From Promethearchaeia archaeon (GTDB taxonomy: Archaea; Asgardarchaeota; Lokiarchaeia; Sigyniarchaeales; SOKP01), in assembly GCA_029856125.1 (NCBI GenBank), contig JAHQWJ010000062.1:1-64000 (forward strand): 64,000 nucleotides of DNA. Reading direction: 5' to 3'. Shown here in pieces: positions 28,625 to 38,797 of this stretch. Below the pieces are notes generated by a model that was not told the origin of the DNA, did no database searches, and saw nothing but the letters and a program-made list of their open reading frames with translations. The position numbers and the translations under genes are program-made. Positions within the stretch are counted from its first letter, which is position 1, and the number at the start of each line of letters is the position of its first letter.

Positions 28625-29434
28625 ATGGAACACGAGAAAGATGAACCTATTGAAGAACCTACCACAGACAATTCTGAGGATGTAGATGTCGATGAGTTTG
28701 ATGACGAGGAAACTTCCCGCGATCTTGTTGTACCTGGAGAAATTTTAACAGAAGATACAAAAAATTATCTACCGGGACGTGGAACTATATTTAATAAAGA
28801 TAGATCTAAAATTATATCTCTAAATATTGGATTAAAACAAGTTAAGAGAAATTACATTAATGTAATTCCACTTAGAGGATTTTATACGCCCCGTCCAGGA
28901 GACAAAATAATTGCGTTAATTACTGATAAAAATCCTGTTAAATACATATGTGATATAAACGCGAAAGACAGAGGTATTTTAAAACCTAAAAACACTGTAG
29001 CAAGAGGAAAACCGAGAGGTTACAGAGGCGGAGCACCTGATCGTCAGGATAATTCTACGGAAAAGTATGACATCGGAGACATTTTAATAGTTAAAGTGCT
29101 TTCGGCAGATAGGTTAAACAAACCGGAATTAACAACTGTTGGTAAATATTTAGGCAAAAGAAGGGATGGATTAGTAATCACAATTGACACTCCAAAAATA
29201 CCCCGCATTATAGGCCGTAGTGGTTCAATGATTAAAATGTTAAAAAATCTAACTAAAAGTAATATATTTGTGACTCAAAATGGTCGTATTTGGTTAAAAG
29301 GCGAAGATTTGGCTCATGAAAGATTGTTAATAGATGCAATACGAAAAATAGAAAAAGAAGCCCATACTGTTGGGTTAACAGACCGAATGTCTGAATATAT
29401 TGAAAATGAAAAAAAGATAAGAGGTATGAATTAA
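28625..29434 (+). CDS. rrp4: Exosome RNA-binding subunit Rrp4
   Basis: VVPGE, VIPL.G.Y.P..GD, KH motif IPRIIGRSGSMI, QNGRIW and EAHTVGLT. Confidence 0.93.
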   Translation: MEHEKDEPIEEPTTDNSEDVDVDEFDDEETSRDLVVPGEILTEDTKNYLPGRGTIFNKDRSKIISLNIGLKQVKRNYINVIPLRGFYTPRPGDKIIALITDKNPVKYICDINAKDRGILKPKNTVARGKPRGYRGGAPDRQDNSTEKYDIGDILIVKVLSADRLNKPELTTVGKYLGKRRDGLVITIDTPKIPRIIGRSGSMIKMLKNLTKSNIFVTQNGRIWLKGEDLAHERLLIDAIRKIEKEAHTVGLTDRMSEYIENEKKIRGMN

Positions 29435-30196
29435 ATGCCGTTAATTATTAAAGATGAGTATCCGGAGAAGTTATTTCGTGAAGATGGTAAGAGGCTAGAC
29501 GGTCGAGATAAGAACGAGCTGAGACCTATTAAAATGGAGGTCGGAGTCTTAGAAAATGCTGACGGCTCAGCTTACTTAGAATGGGGTAATAACAAAATAT
29601 ATTGTGCCGTTTATGGACCTAGAGAAGTACATCCTCACCATTTAGCAAAACCGGACAGAGGAATCTTACGCGTATTTTATCGGATGGCAACTTTTTCGGT
29701 GTTTGAAAGAAAACGCCCTGCCCCTGGTCGCCGAGAAAAAGAAGTTTCAATGGTAATAAGTGATTGCTTGAAACCCGTTTTATTTTTAGAACTTTATCCT
29801 GGAACATCATTTGAGGTTTTTATCAACGTTCTAGATGCAGATGGTGGAACACGATGTGCGTGTACCACTGTTGCAGCATTAGCACTTGCAGATGCAGGCA
29901 TTCCTATGAGAAGTTTAGTAACAGCCGTTGCTATAGGTAAAATTGACGGAGAATTAATAACTGATCTATCAGGGATAGAAGATAAAGCTGGTGATGCAGA
30001 TTTACCTTGTGCTATGACATGGTTTAACGAAGAACTGTCATTACTTCAATTTGATGGTAAAATGGATTTAGAAGAATTTAGCCAAAGTTTAGCCCTTGCT
30101 AAAGAAGCACTCTCTAAAATCTATGAAATTCAGTTGGATGCGTTGAAAAAGAAATATATAGAAATTCAAGAAGAATATAGCGGAGGAGAGAAATAA
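29435..30196 (+). CDS. rrp41: Exosome exonuclease Rrp41
   Basis: RLDGR..ELRPI, ADGSAY, VYGPRE, DGGTR and LADAGIPM. Confidence 0.95.
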   Translation: MPLIIKDEYPEKLFREDGKRLDGRDKNELRPIKMEVGVLENADGSAYLEWGNNKIYCAVYGPREVHPHHLAKPDRGILRVFYRMATFSVFERKRPAPGRREKEVSMVISDCLKPVLFLELYPGTSFEVFINVLDADGGTRCACTTVAALALADAGIPMRSLVTAVAIGKIDGELITDLSGIEDKAGDADLPCAMTWFNEELSLLQFDGKMDLEEFSQSLALAKEALSKIYEIQLDALKKKYIEIQEEYSGGEK

Positions 30197-30198
30197 GA

Positions 30199-31017
30199 AT
30201 GATGAATATAAAGCGTGTAATATCGACTATAGAAAAGAATTATATTCTTTCTAATCTTAAAAAAGGAGAAAGAATAGATGGCAGAGACCTTTGGCAATAT
30301 AGAGACTGGAATATTAAAAGTAATGTAATCGCCTCAGCGGAGGGATCTGCTGAAGTTTCTTTAGGAAAAACAAAGGTGATCACTGGAGTGAAGTACGATG
30401 TAGGAACACCATTTCCAGATCTTCCCAACGAGGGAGTCTGTACATTTATGGCCGAACTATTACCTTTAGCATCTCCTTTGTTTGAAAGAGGACCTCCTAA
30501 CGAACAATCTATAGAATTAGCACGCGTTGTTGATAGGGGAATTCGCCATGCAGACTGTGTGCAAACGAAAAAGCTATGTATAAAGGAAAAGAAAGCAGTC
30601 TATATTATATTCGTAGATATTTATGTTATTAATTATTCAGGGAATTTAATTGATGCTGGTGGTATTAGTTCTTTAACTGCGTTAATTTCAAGTAAAATCC
30701 CGGAAGGAAAATGGGAGAACGACGAAGTTGTATGGACAGGAAAATATTTTACCGGAGATACACTTGTGAACGAATTACCTATAGTTTCAACATACGGAAA
30801 GATAGGAGATATTATTTTTTCAGATCCGAGTTTACCAGAAGAATTAGTATGCGATGGAAGAATTTCAATTTCGGTAACCGAAGATAAAATAACTTCTATT
30901 CAAAAAAGTGGATCCGCTACTTTTTCTATAGAAGAAGTTGAGATGTTAAGTAAAAAATCTATGGAGTTTGGCAAGAAAACCAGAAAAGATTTAAATCTCT
31001 GGCAATACAAGCTTTAA
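30199..31017 (+). CDS. rrp42: Exosome subunit Rrp42
   Basis: RIDGR, AEGSA, PFPD.P.EG, ELARVVDRGIR and QKSG. Confidence 0.95.
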   Translation: MMNIKRVISTIEKNYILSNLKKGERIDGRDLWQYRDWNIKSNVIASAEGSAEVSLGKTKVITGVKYDVGTPFPDLPNEGVCTFMAELLPLASPLFERGPPNEQSIELARVVDRGIRHADCVQTKKLCIKEKKAVYIIFVDIYVINYSGNLIDAGGISSLTALISSKIPEGKWENDEVVWTGKYFTGDTLVNELPIVSTYGKIGDIIFSDPSLPEELVCDGRISISVTEDKITSIQKSGSATFSIEEVEMLSKKSMEFGKKTRKDLNLWQYKL

Positions 31018-31097
31018 GACTAAGGCTTTTAGATAATTTAAATTTTTTTAAATTTTATTTTTAATTTATAGGAAACATAACCAATTCATATTTTAAT

Positions 31098-32072
31098 TTA
31101 AGTTAGTTTTCTTACTCTTCTCAGAGTTTCAAAAGTACCATATCCTCCTTTTATTCCATCGAGCTCGAATGTTCCAAAGGATTGAACTAAAATCGAGTGG
31201 TTTCCTTCACTATCCTGAAAATTAACAGGAATAATTGGCCCTACTTTCGCCTTAAGTATGTGGCGATCATTTTGAGCATCTATTAATTCTAACTCCGAAC
31301 TTACAGGGAAAACATTATCATCCTGAAACTTTTGGTTTAGTACTCGAAGTGTCTTCAGAGGAATATTTTTTCCATCTTTAAATAAAAAACCTCCAGTAGA
31401 AACTCGACCATCGTTTGTAATTATTGCTGCGGGATTAATAGCTAGATTTTCATTAAACCATACCACGTAATAAAACCAATCTCCAACTCCAGTCCAATCT
31501 CTCACGCCATATGTGTGATCTCTTTGCGCCATAACTTGTTTTAAAAGATATTCTTTGTTATTGAAATTTAATTTTCCTGAAACGACTCCTATTTGTTCCC
31601 AATGTTTATCTCCAGATTTTTTACCAATTTCCAGTGATTCGGGAGTCATAAATTCGCTGTATTCATATGGATCATTTATAGGTTCATAAGACAAGTCCAT
31701 ACTTACAGATTGAATATCCAAAATCAATTTTGGGTTTTCCTTTACTTTCGCTATGTCTAGAGAGTTCTTTACGAAAATCATTTTCCCATTAAATTTGTAT
31801 ATCCATTTTTCACTAGACTTCCAACCATGCTCCATACCCTTTACTTTAATATCGTTAGTGAAATTCTTTTGCTTAATTAGTTGATGATATCCTGCTGCAG
31901 ATCCATCGGGAAGAAAGAGAAAAAAGAAAGTCATTGCTTCTTGTTTATTAGGCTTGAAACCAATTCTAGACATGCCTCCCAATTTATCATGTTTACTATA
32001 AAAAACAAAATAATAACTCTCATTCCAGTTTGGATTATTTGTGATGTTTTCGTTATGTGTTATCTTTTCCAT
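31098..32072 (-). CDS. Hypothetical beta-rich protein (AttH/tocopherol-cyclase-like fold suspected)
   Basis: WNESYYF, HWEQ.G and RDHTYGVRDW motifs; co-oriented and 17 bp downstream of the PEP-utilising enzyme. Confidence 0.55.
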   Translation of the reverse strand: MEKITHNENITNNPNWNESYYFVFYSKHDKLGGMSRIGFKPNKQEAMTFFFLFLPDGSAAGYHQLIKQKNFTNDIKVKGMEHGWKSSEKWIYKFNGKMIFVKNSLDIAKVKENPKLILDIQSVSMDLSYEPINDPYEYSEFMTPESLEIGKKSGDKHWEQIGVVSGKLNFNNKEYLLKQVMAQRDHTYGVRDWTGVGDWFYYVVWFNENLAINPAAIITNDGRVSTGGFLFKDGKNIPLKTLRVLNQKFQDDNVFPVSSELELIDAQNDRHILKAKVGPIIPVNFQDSEGNHSILVQSFGTFELDGIKGGYGTFETLRRVRKLT

Positions 32073-32089
32073 TATATAGCACTACTCCG

Positions 32090-34810
32090 TTATTTTTCAA
32101 TGGTAATTATTCCATCATATCCATTGATCGTTACTATTTGATTATTGTTGAATAATTTGCACGCATTTGGAATATTAGTGACCGCGGGGATTCCATATTC
32201 TCGAGATACAACTGCTCCATGAGATAGAATTCCTCCTGTTTCAGTAATTAAACCTCCGATTTTTGAAAAGACAGGTGTCCATCCGGGATCTGTTCGAGGA
32301 ACAACAAGAATCTCGTTTATTTTTACGGTAGAGATTTGATCGATAGTATTAATGATATGAATTTTTCCAGTAAATAACCCTTGACTTGCTGGAATCCCTC
32401 GAAAGTTTTCACTATTTTTAGTAAATTTAAGCACATCATTATATTCGTGAGAGCCTAAAAGAAATTTTGGTGGAACCTCGTTCTCGTATTTAAGAAATTC
32501 ATCTTTTCTTTTATTAACTTCAGCTTTCAGCTTTAAAATTTCCTCATCTTTGTATTTATTATGTAATAAATTTTCAACTTCTTTTTTTTTAAGAAAGAAC
32601 ACATCCTCTTCCTCTTTTAGAAAACCCTCATTTTTCAATAATTTTCCTATCTTTAGATAAACGTTTCTGTTTCGAGTTATCCAACGATCCAAGATGAACC
32701 TCTGGTTTTCTCGAAAAATGATATAAACTCTGCTTATTTTTAGAATAATATTATAAATCTTCCATTTAATAAATCCAAAAGGTAGTGCCCGAATTTTACT
32801 TGCAACGATACTCTCTATTTTTTTACGATAATTTTGATTTGGTAATTTTTTCCTTTCTTGTTTGTGGTCCTCATCCATAATCAACGCTTTCAAAATGTTG
32901 AAAAGATGTACCATTGGTTTTTCTTTCCAACGCGGATAAAAGGGTTCCCTCGTGAATCCACGATCTCCGTGGTTCTTTAAAAATTTGTTTAGCTCAGTTA
33001 AAAAATGTTGAATTGAATCATCTTTGTGATTGATTAAAAGATTGTATATATCCTCCGATGAATTATCTTCGACTAGGGATTTGAGAACAGGTGTTTTTTG
33101 GATTATGCGAGCTATTAAATGAATTTCTTCGTTAGTTTCAGTTAGTTTGTGTCTTAACCCAGAGATTAAAATAGGATAATATCTATGCGTTGCTTCTTCG
33201 CCTAGAAAACGAGTAAGAAGGTATTGCGTTAACAAGTTCATCCCGATATTGTGAACAGGTATTCCATACCTAACCAATCGGAAGTGTGGAATCATTATAC
33301 GATCAAGTTGATCAATTAGAGATAGAAAATCGTCACGTTTTAATTCTTTTTCCGTCAATTTATCAAAATTATTACAAAAAGGTATGAAAGTTCCGGTTGT
33401 CCATTCTTCGTATTTTTTAGCTGTTTTAGTAATACTTCCATCAGGATCGTGAAACATTATTCGAAGTTCTGCGATTATACGACTTTTTGTGCGGAAATGT
33501 AGGTTTTTTATAGTCTCCTTACCGAAATGACCATAACCCGTTGGAAAATAGTTTAAAATATCCTCATTTCGCATTATTGATGGTATTTCATTTTCAACTT
33601 TTTGCCTTAGAACTTTTAAATTAAAATAAACATGGCCATTGTGAAGTTTTAGAAGTTTTTTATCCATACTTGTATAGCCCATTATGCTATTAAGTTCGAT
33701 ATTAACAATGTTTGTTAAATGACTACCTAGTAAGTCAAAAAAAAGAGGAGTAACAGGATCATTCCAATAATCGTCGCTATAACCTCGAGTCCAAAGCACA
33801 TCGTGGTCTTCTGTTTTATTTTCTAAGGTTGTTATAGGCCGAGTTTGAAGCAGCCATATTTGATCGTCTGAATTTATAGCCCATTCAATGTCTTGGGGCT
33901 TATTACCAAATAGATTTTCAACAGTCTCCCCAATTTTAGCAAGCTTAAAAATAATATCGTCTGAGAGTGAAGCTTCTGACCTCTTTTGTTCAGTCAGAAG
34001 AACAGAGTTAACACCACCACCCTTCTGGCGATCTTTGGGATATGTTGCATAAAGTTTATTGCCGATTTTCTTACTAATTATTTTAAATCGTTCCTTCCCT
34101 TTTTTAATTAAGTTTTGAATAATGTATTGATCGGGGTTAATTTGACCCGACACTAAGGATTCTCCTAATCCGAAATTTGATTCTATGAGGTATTCCGTAT
34201 AACTATTTGTTATCGGATTGGCTGTAAATAAAACACCTGAAGACTTTACTTCAATCATTTTCTGAATTAAAACTGCGATATTTACGCTACTGTGAGGGAT
34301 TTTATTTTTCTCTCTATAAGAAATTGCTCTTTCAGTCCAGAGTGATGCGTAACATTTTTTTATATTAAGTGTAATATTTTCAAGACCGATTATATTTAAA
34401 AATGTATCATATTGTCCCGCAAACGAACTTGCGGGTAAATCTTCAGCTGTAGCAGATGATCTAACTGCAAAACTAAAGTTATTGTATAAATTACGGTTGA
34501 TTGATAACTCTTTAATTAGTTCGTCAGGGAGTGGGCTTTCAAGGATTTTTCTTCTGATTAATTCTGATATTTCTACAATTGAGCTGTAGTTATTATATTT
34601 AATGGTTTCCAACGATTTTTGGATTAATTTATCGATCCCATTATGATTTAGAAATAATTTATAACCTGAAGTTTTGATTACATGCCCATCTGGTATGCTG
34701 TAATTATTTTTCAATAAAATATTAAGATTCAGAGCTTTGTTCCCAATACCGATTGCGTCCTCTTCTTTTACCTGAGTTATGTCTATAATAAAAGGATATT
34801 CTACTTTCAA
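32090..34810 (-). CDS. Rifampin phosphotransferase/PigC-like PEP-utilising enzyme (ATP-grasp + central domain + phosphohistidine swivel)
   Basis: GNKA, AVRSSATAED..SFAGQYDT, GLGESLVSG, QDIEWA, LQTRPIT; C-terminal TDPGWTP and GGILSHGAVVSREYGIPAV; no PEP/pyruvate TIM barrel. Confidence 0.85.
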   Translation of the reverse strand: MKVEYPFIIDITQVKEEDAIGIGNKALNLNILLKNNYSIPDGHVIKTSGYKLFLNHNGIDKLIQKSLETIKYNNYSSIVEISELIRRKILESPLPDELIKELSINRNLYNNFSFAVRSSATAEDLPASSFAGQYDTFLNIIGLENITLNIKKCYASLWTERAISYREKNKIPHSSVNIAVLIQKMIEVKSSGVLFTANPITNSYTEYLIESNFGLGESLVSGQINPDQYIIQNLIKKGKERFKIISKKIGNKLYATYPKDRQKGGGVNSVLLTEQKRSEASLSDDIIFKLAKIGETVENLFGNKPQDIEWAINSDDQIWLLQTRPITTLENKTEDHDVLWTRGYSDDYWNDPVTPLFFDLLGSHLTNIVNIELNSIMGYTSMDKKLLKLHNGHVYFNLKVLRQKVENEIPSIMRNEDILNYFPTGYGHFGKETIKNLHFRTKSRIIAELRIMFHDPDGSITKTAKKYEEWTTGTFIPFCNNFDKLTEKELKRDDFLSLIDQLDRIMIPHFRLVRYGIPVHNIGMNLLTQYLLTRFLGEEATHRYYPILISGLRHKLTETNEEIHLIARIIQKTPVLKSLVEDNSSEDIYNLLINHKDDSIQHFLTELNKFLKNHGDRGFTREPFYPRWKEKPMVHLFNILKALIMDEDHKQERKKLPNQNYRKKIESIVASKIRALPFGFIKWKIYNIILKISRVYIIFRENQRFILDRWITRNRNVYLKIGKLLKNEGFLKEEEDVFFLKKKEVENLLHNKYKDEEILKLKAEVNKRKDEFLKYENEVPPKFLLGSHEYNDVLKFTKNSENFRGIPASQGLFTGKIHIINTIDQISTVKINEILVVPRTDPGWTPVFSKIGGLITETGGILSHGAVVSREYGIPAVTNIPNACKLFNNNQIVTINGYDGIITIEK

Positions 34811-35022
34811 TTGAAACACCTAAAATTTTTGAAATTTCATTGAAAAATATTGATAATAAAAATGTTACTTTATCTTTGTTTAAAGCTTTTTTTAAAGTTT
34901 TATTCAGACAATGCGGTTAACAATTGATTTCAAGAAGAATTCTTCTCTCCTCATTAGAAAAATTTAAAGTTTATACTAGTTTTTATTTAAATACATTATT
35001 ATAAAAGAAACTAGTGAACGAT

Positions 35023-35313
35023 ATGGGTAAAACTAAAAAAACTGGGATATCGGCAACCTTTGGAGCGCGTTATGGTGCTAATGTAAGAAAGAAATGGCGC
35101 TTGGTAATGGAGAAGCAAAAAGGTGGTAATTTAAAATGCCCACGGTGCGAAACAAAAGGATCTATTAATAGAATCTCCACAGGTATATGGCATTGTAAAA
35201 AATGTAATGCTAAGTTTACTGGTGGTGCTTATGATACCCAAACTCCTCGTGGTGCTGAATCATTTAGAATAGCGAAGCGAAAGCAACGAGAGTTAGAAAC
35301 TATAGAAGAATAA
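35023..35313 (+). CDS. rpl37ae: 50S ribosomal protein L37Ae (eL43)
   Basis: FGARYG, CPRC..STGIWHCKKC..FTGGAY. Confidence 0.96.
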   Translation: MGKTKKTGISATFGARYGANVRKKWRLVMEKQKGGNLKCPRCETKGSINRISTGIWHCKKCNAKFTGGAYDTQTPRGAESFRIAKRKQRELETIEE

Positions 35314-35585
35314 TGAATAAAAATAACTTACTTATTATTAAATCTACCTTAGAGTTTCAATTTAAAACGCCTGAATTATGTAATTATTCTTATAACTCTA
35401 TTTTACCTGAATTTAAAGTTCAAAAATCAAAAAGATCCACTGTATCTTTAAAAAAAGAAGAAAAATCCTTAATCTTTTTAATAGAAAGTAGAGATATTAC
35501 CGCATTCAGAGCTTCAATTAATGAAATCATCAGTTTTGGTCGGATATTTGAAGGCGTTTTGAATATTGTAAATAACACGCAATAA
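35313..35585 (+). CDS. pcc1: KEOPS subunit Pcc1
   Basis: Y.SILPE..RS.V..IESRDITAFRASIN; superoperon position. Confidence 0.8.
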   Translation: MNKNNLLIIKSTLEFQFKTPELCNYSYNSILPEFKVQKSKRSTVSLKKEEKSLIFLIESRDITAFRASINEIISFGRIFEGVLNIVNNTQ

Positions 35586-35661
35586 GCCTAAGATTAAATT
35601 ATTCGTAAATTTCATATTCCACATTTCATTAGATATTATAAAACAAATGTTGTGATTTTCG

Positions 35662-36018
35662 TTGACGATTAATTTAGATCAATTAGATGAAGAAACAAAA
35701 AAAAAATTTCAAAATTTAACTCAGGTTGGGCAGACTTTAGAACTCCTAACACAACAGAAGATTCAAATTGATAGTTCTATCAGAGAAACAGAACTTGCAC
35801 TGGGAGAGTTAGAAAAAGCAAATCCCGATACAATAGTTTATAAGCAAATTGGGGGTATAATGGTTAGAAGCGAAAGAGATAAGCTACTGGCAGAAAAAAC
35901 ATCTGATAAAGAAACCTTAAATATGCGATCAACCACGCTTGCTCAAAAAATAGAACGAACAAAGAGCACTTTTGAAAATATGCAAAAATCTCTTCAAGCA
36001 GATCTTCAAAATCAATAA
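35662..36018 (+). CDS. pfdB: Prefoldin beta subunit
   Basis: Coiled coils flanking ALGELEK..VYKQIGGIMV; TTG start after GTGA. Confidence 0.9.
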   Translation: MTINLDQLDEETKKKFQNLTQVGQTLELLTQQKIQIDSSIRETELALGELEKANPDTIVYKQIGGIMVRSERDKLLAEKTSDKETLNMRSTTLAQKIERTKSTFENMQKSLQADLQNQ

Positions 36019-36033
36019 TTTAATGAAATATTC

Positions 36034-37029
36034 ATGCTTAATTCTAAAAAAGAGGTTTTTTTAAACTTCTTAAAAGGAAAAAATCTCTTAATTACCACCC
36101 ATGATTTAGCAGACCTTGATGGTTTTATCTCAGGAATTGCCTTAAAATACTGTTTTGAAACTCATTTCCCTAACCAAAGCATACAATTAACTTTTTCAGG
36201 GCTATCTAAGCATACAAAAAGTTTTATAAACAAATTTAGTACAAAATTTCCAAACTTTAGCTTTACCTATCAAGAGCATGTTGAATTATCAGACATCGAT
36301 GTTATCGTAATAGTTGACTCAAATAATCTAGATCAAATAAAGCTATTTAATAATTTAGATTTGAACATTCCTTTTGTCTTTATAGATCATCATTTAAATT
36401 TACAGAAAGATTATTCAGGTAATATTTCTTCACTTAATTTGATTTTTGAAAATTATTCTTCAACATCAGAGATAGTGTCATATTTATTTGATGATTGCAA
36501 TATAAAGCTTCCAATACCATACAAATATCTCCTTGTATCAGCAATATTGACCGATTCTGGGTTTCTCAAGTATGGAAATACCGGAACAATAAAAAATTTA
36601 AATAATATCTTACAGGATCAGTTAGAAATTCAGGATGTATTACCCCTACTAGAAAGAGAAGTAGACCTCTCAGAGAAAATTGCACGAATTAAAGCTCTTC
36701 AAAGAGTTAAGTTAATTCGAATTAACAATTGGTTAATAGGAATATCACATCTTAGTAGCTTTAGTGCTTCTGCTGCTTCAACCTTAACAAAAGTGGGTTT
36801 TGACATTGGAATTGTCGTATCTGAAGATAAATCTGATTACAGAATCACTACTCGAGCAAAAAAACAAGTTTGTCTAAAAACAGGTTTACATCTCGGGAAA
36901 ATTATTAGTAAAATAAATAATGTGAATGGTGGTGGACATGATGGCGCTGCTACTTTGAATGGTAAGAACGATGTAGAGGAAAGTCTCAATCAATTAATCA
37001 ATAAAATAAAAGAAACTTTAATTAATTAA
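36034..37029 (+). CDS. DHH/DHHA1 phosphoesterase
   Basis: H..ADLDG, IVD, IDHH, ILTDSG and GGGHDGAA. Confidence 0.9.
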   Translation: MLNSKKEVFLNFLKGKNLLITTHDLADLDGFISGIALKYCFETHFPNQSIQLTFSGLSKHTKSFINKFSTKFPNFSFTYQEHVELSDIDVIVIVDSNNLDQIKLFNNLDLNIPFVFIDHHLNLQKDYSGNISSLNLIFENYSSTSEIVSYLFDDCNIKLPIPYKYLLVSAILTDSGFLKYGNTGTIKNLNNILQDQLEIQDVLPLLEREVDLSEKIARIKALQRVKLIRINNWLIGISHLSSFSASAASTLTKVGFDIGIVVSEDKSDYRITTRAKKQVCLKTGLHLGKIISKINNVNGGGHDGAATLNGKNDVEESLNQLINKIKETLIN

Positions 37030-37070
37030 CTATCCTTATAAAGCAAAAAGAATTATAGATATCTCCTTTC

Positions 37071-37910
37071 ATGAGCTTAATTAAATTTAATAATTTTCAT
37101 TTTCGATATAAAGGAAACGATGAGTATGCGCTTAACAATATTAATTTGGAAATAGAATCAAATAGATTTATTTTATTAGCTGGGGAGACTGGATCGGGTA
37201 AAACTTCATTAATTAGATGTATGAATGGATTAATCCCCCAATTTTACGCAGGTTATTATAAAGGACAAGTAGAAATTTCAGGAAAAAACACAACTGAAAC
37301 AACAATATCTGAATTATCTAGTGAAGTTGGAATCGTATTCCAAAATCCTGAAAATCAACTAATTGCAATGAATGTAGAACATGAGATAGCTTTCGGTTTG
37401 GAAAATTTGGGAATTCCAAGGGAAGAAATAAAAGAAAAAATTAAGGAAGTTGTAGAGATAACTGAAATTGAAAGTATTATAGGTAAAGCCCCTTTCGAGA
37501 TAAGTGGTGGTGAACAACAACGAGTTGCAATCGCTTCAATTTTAGTATTAGAACCTATGGTTATCGTTTTGGACGAACCAACAGCAAATTTAGACCCGTT
37601 ATTTGCAAGAAAAATTTTAAACCTATTAAAAAAAATTCAAGTCGAAAAGAAGATGACTATCATAATTAGTGAACACCGAATGGATTTACTTCTCCCATTA
37701 GTAGACGACATAATTTTAATGAAAGAAAGTGAGATCATAGCTCATGATACTAAGGATAAAATCATAAATTCTAACACATTTGAGAATTTGAATATTAATA
37801 AGCCAAAAATATATTCAATTTTCAATGAATTAAAAAATAGAAATCAATTTCAACACGATATTCCAGTTTCTATTCAAGATGCCATAAGTTCATTAAAAAT
37901 GATTAAATAA
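37071..37910 (+). CDS. ecfA1: ECF transporter ATPase A1
   Basis: GETGSGKT, VFQNPENQ, ISGGEQQR and LDEPT. Confidence 0.9.
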   Translation: MSLIKFNNFHFRYKGNDEYALNNINLEIESNRFILLAGETGSGKTSLIRCMNGLIPQFYAGYYKGQVEISGKNTTETTISELSSEVGIVFQNPENQLIAMNVEHEIAFGLENLGIPREEIKEKIKEVVEITEIESIIGKAPFEISGGEQQRVAIASILVLEPMVIVLDEPTANLDPLFARKILNLLKKIQVEKKMTIIISEHRMDLLLPLVDDIILMKESEIIAHDTKDKIINSNTFENLNINKPKIYSIFNELKNRNQFQHDIPVSIQDAISSLKMIK

Positions 37911-37922
37911 CTCGAAATACTC

Positions 37923-38780
37923 ATGATGGATGAAAATTCGCACCCTTTAATAATGGTACACGATGTTGATTATGTGTATTCAAACGGAACAATTGCATTA
38001 AAGCAAGTTTCATTAAATATTAAGAAAGGCGAATTTATTGCAATAATGGGGCAAAATGGAGCGGGAAAAACGACATTGATTCGTACTTTTAATGGTTTAA
38101 TCCGACCAACAAAAGGAAGTATTTTTTTAGAAGGAGAAAATATTGAGTCAAAAACTATTGCTACAATATCTAAAAAAGTTGGAGTTATCTTCCAGAATCC
38201 TATGCATCAACTATTTTCTAATACATTAGAGGATGAAATTAAATTTTCCTTGAAAAATCTAAATTTAGATAAAGAAGAAATTCAAATTAAAGTCGATCAA
38301 ATACTAAAGGAATTTGATCTCGAAAAATATCGAAAAAGATCCCCATTTAACTTATCTGGTGGAGAATCAAAAAAATTAGCTACAGCTTCTATACTATGTC
38401 GAGACCCTGACATTCTAGTTTTTGACGAACCAACATTAGGTCAAGACGCAAAAGAGATTAATTTCTTCCTTGGATTAATAAAGAACGAGTTAGAAAGAGG
38501 AAAAACAATAATAATAGTCACTCATAACATAGAATTTACAGTAGAACATGTTCCAAGGACAATCTTGATGGGTAGGGGACAAATTATTGCGGATGGTCCA
38601 ACACAGAGTATTTTTACGAACGAGTTTTTAATATCAAAATCTTCATTAATTATGCCACAAATATATCTATTCAAAAAAGAACTTCAAAAAATAGGAATTA
38701 CTGTTCCTAAAGAAATTATTAGAGAAAGCGAAATAATTGATTTTTTGGATGCTTATTTGCAGAGCAAATCCACAATTTAA
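37923..38780 (+). CDS. ecfA2: ECF transporter ATPase A2
   Basis: GQNGAGKT, FQNP, LSGGE and FDEPT. Confidence 0.9.
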   Translation: MMDENSHPLIMVHDVDYVYSNGTIALKQVSLNIKKGEFIAIMGQNGAGKTTLIRTFNGLIRPTKGSIFLEGENIESKTIATISKKVGVIFQNPMHQLFSNTLEDEIKFSLKNLNLDKEEIQIKVDQILKEFDLEKYRKRSPFNLSGGESKKLATASILCRDPDILVFDEPTLGQDAKEINFFLGLIKNELERGKTIIIVTHNIEFTVEHVPRTILMGRGQIIADGPTQSIFTNEFLISKSSLIMPQIYLFKKELQKIGITVPKEIIRESEIIDFLDAYLQSKSTI

Positions 38781-38797
38781 AGGAGGAAAATTAATAA

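Noticed and set aside
32090-34810. Annotation as PEP synthase (ppsA)
   Set aside because: The His domain is C-terminal and the pyruvate-binding barrel is absent.
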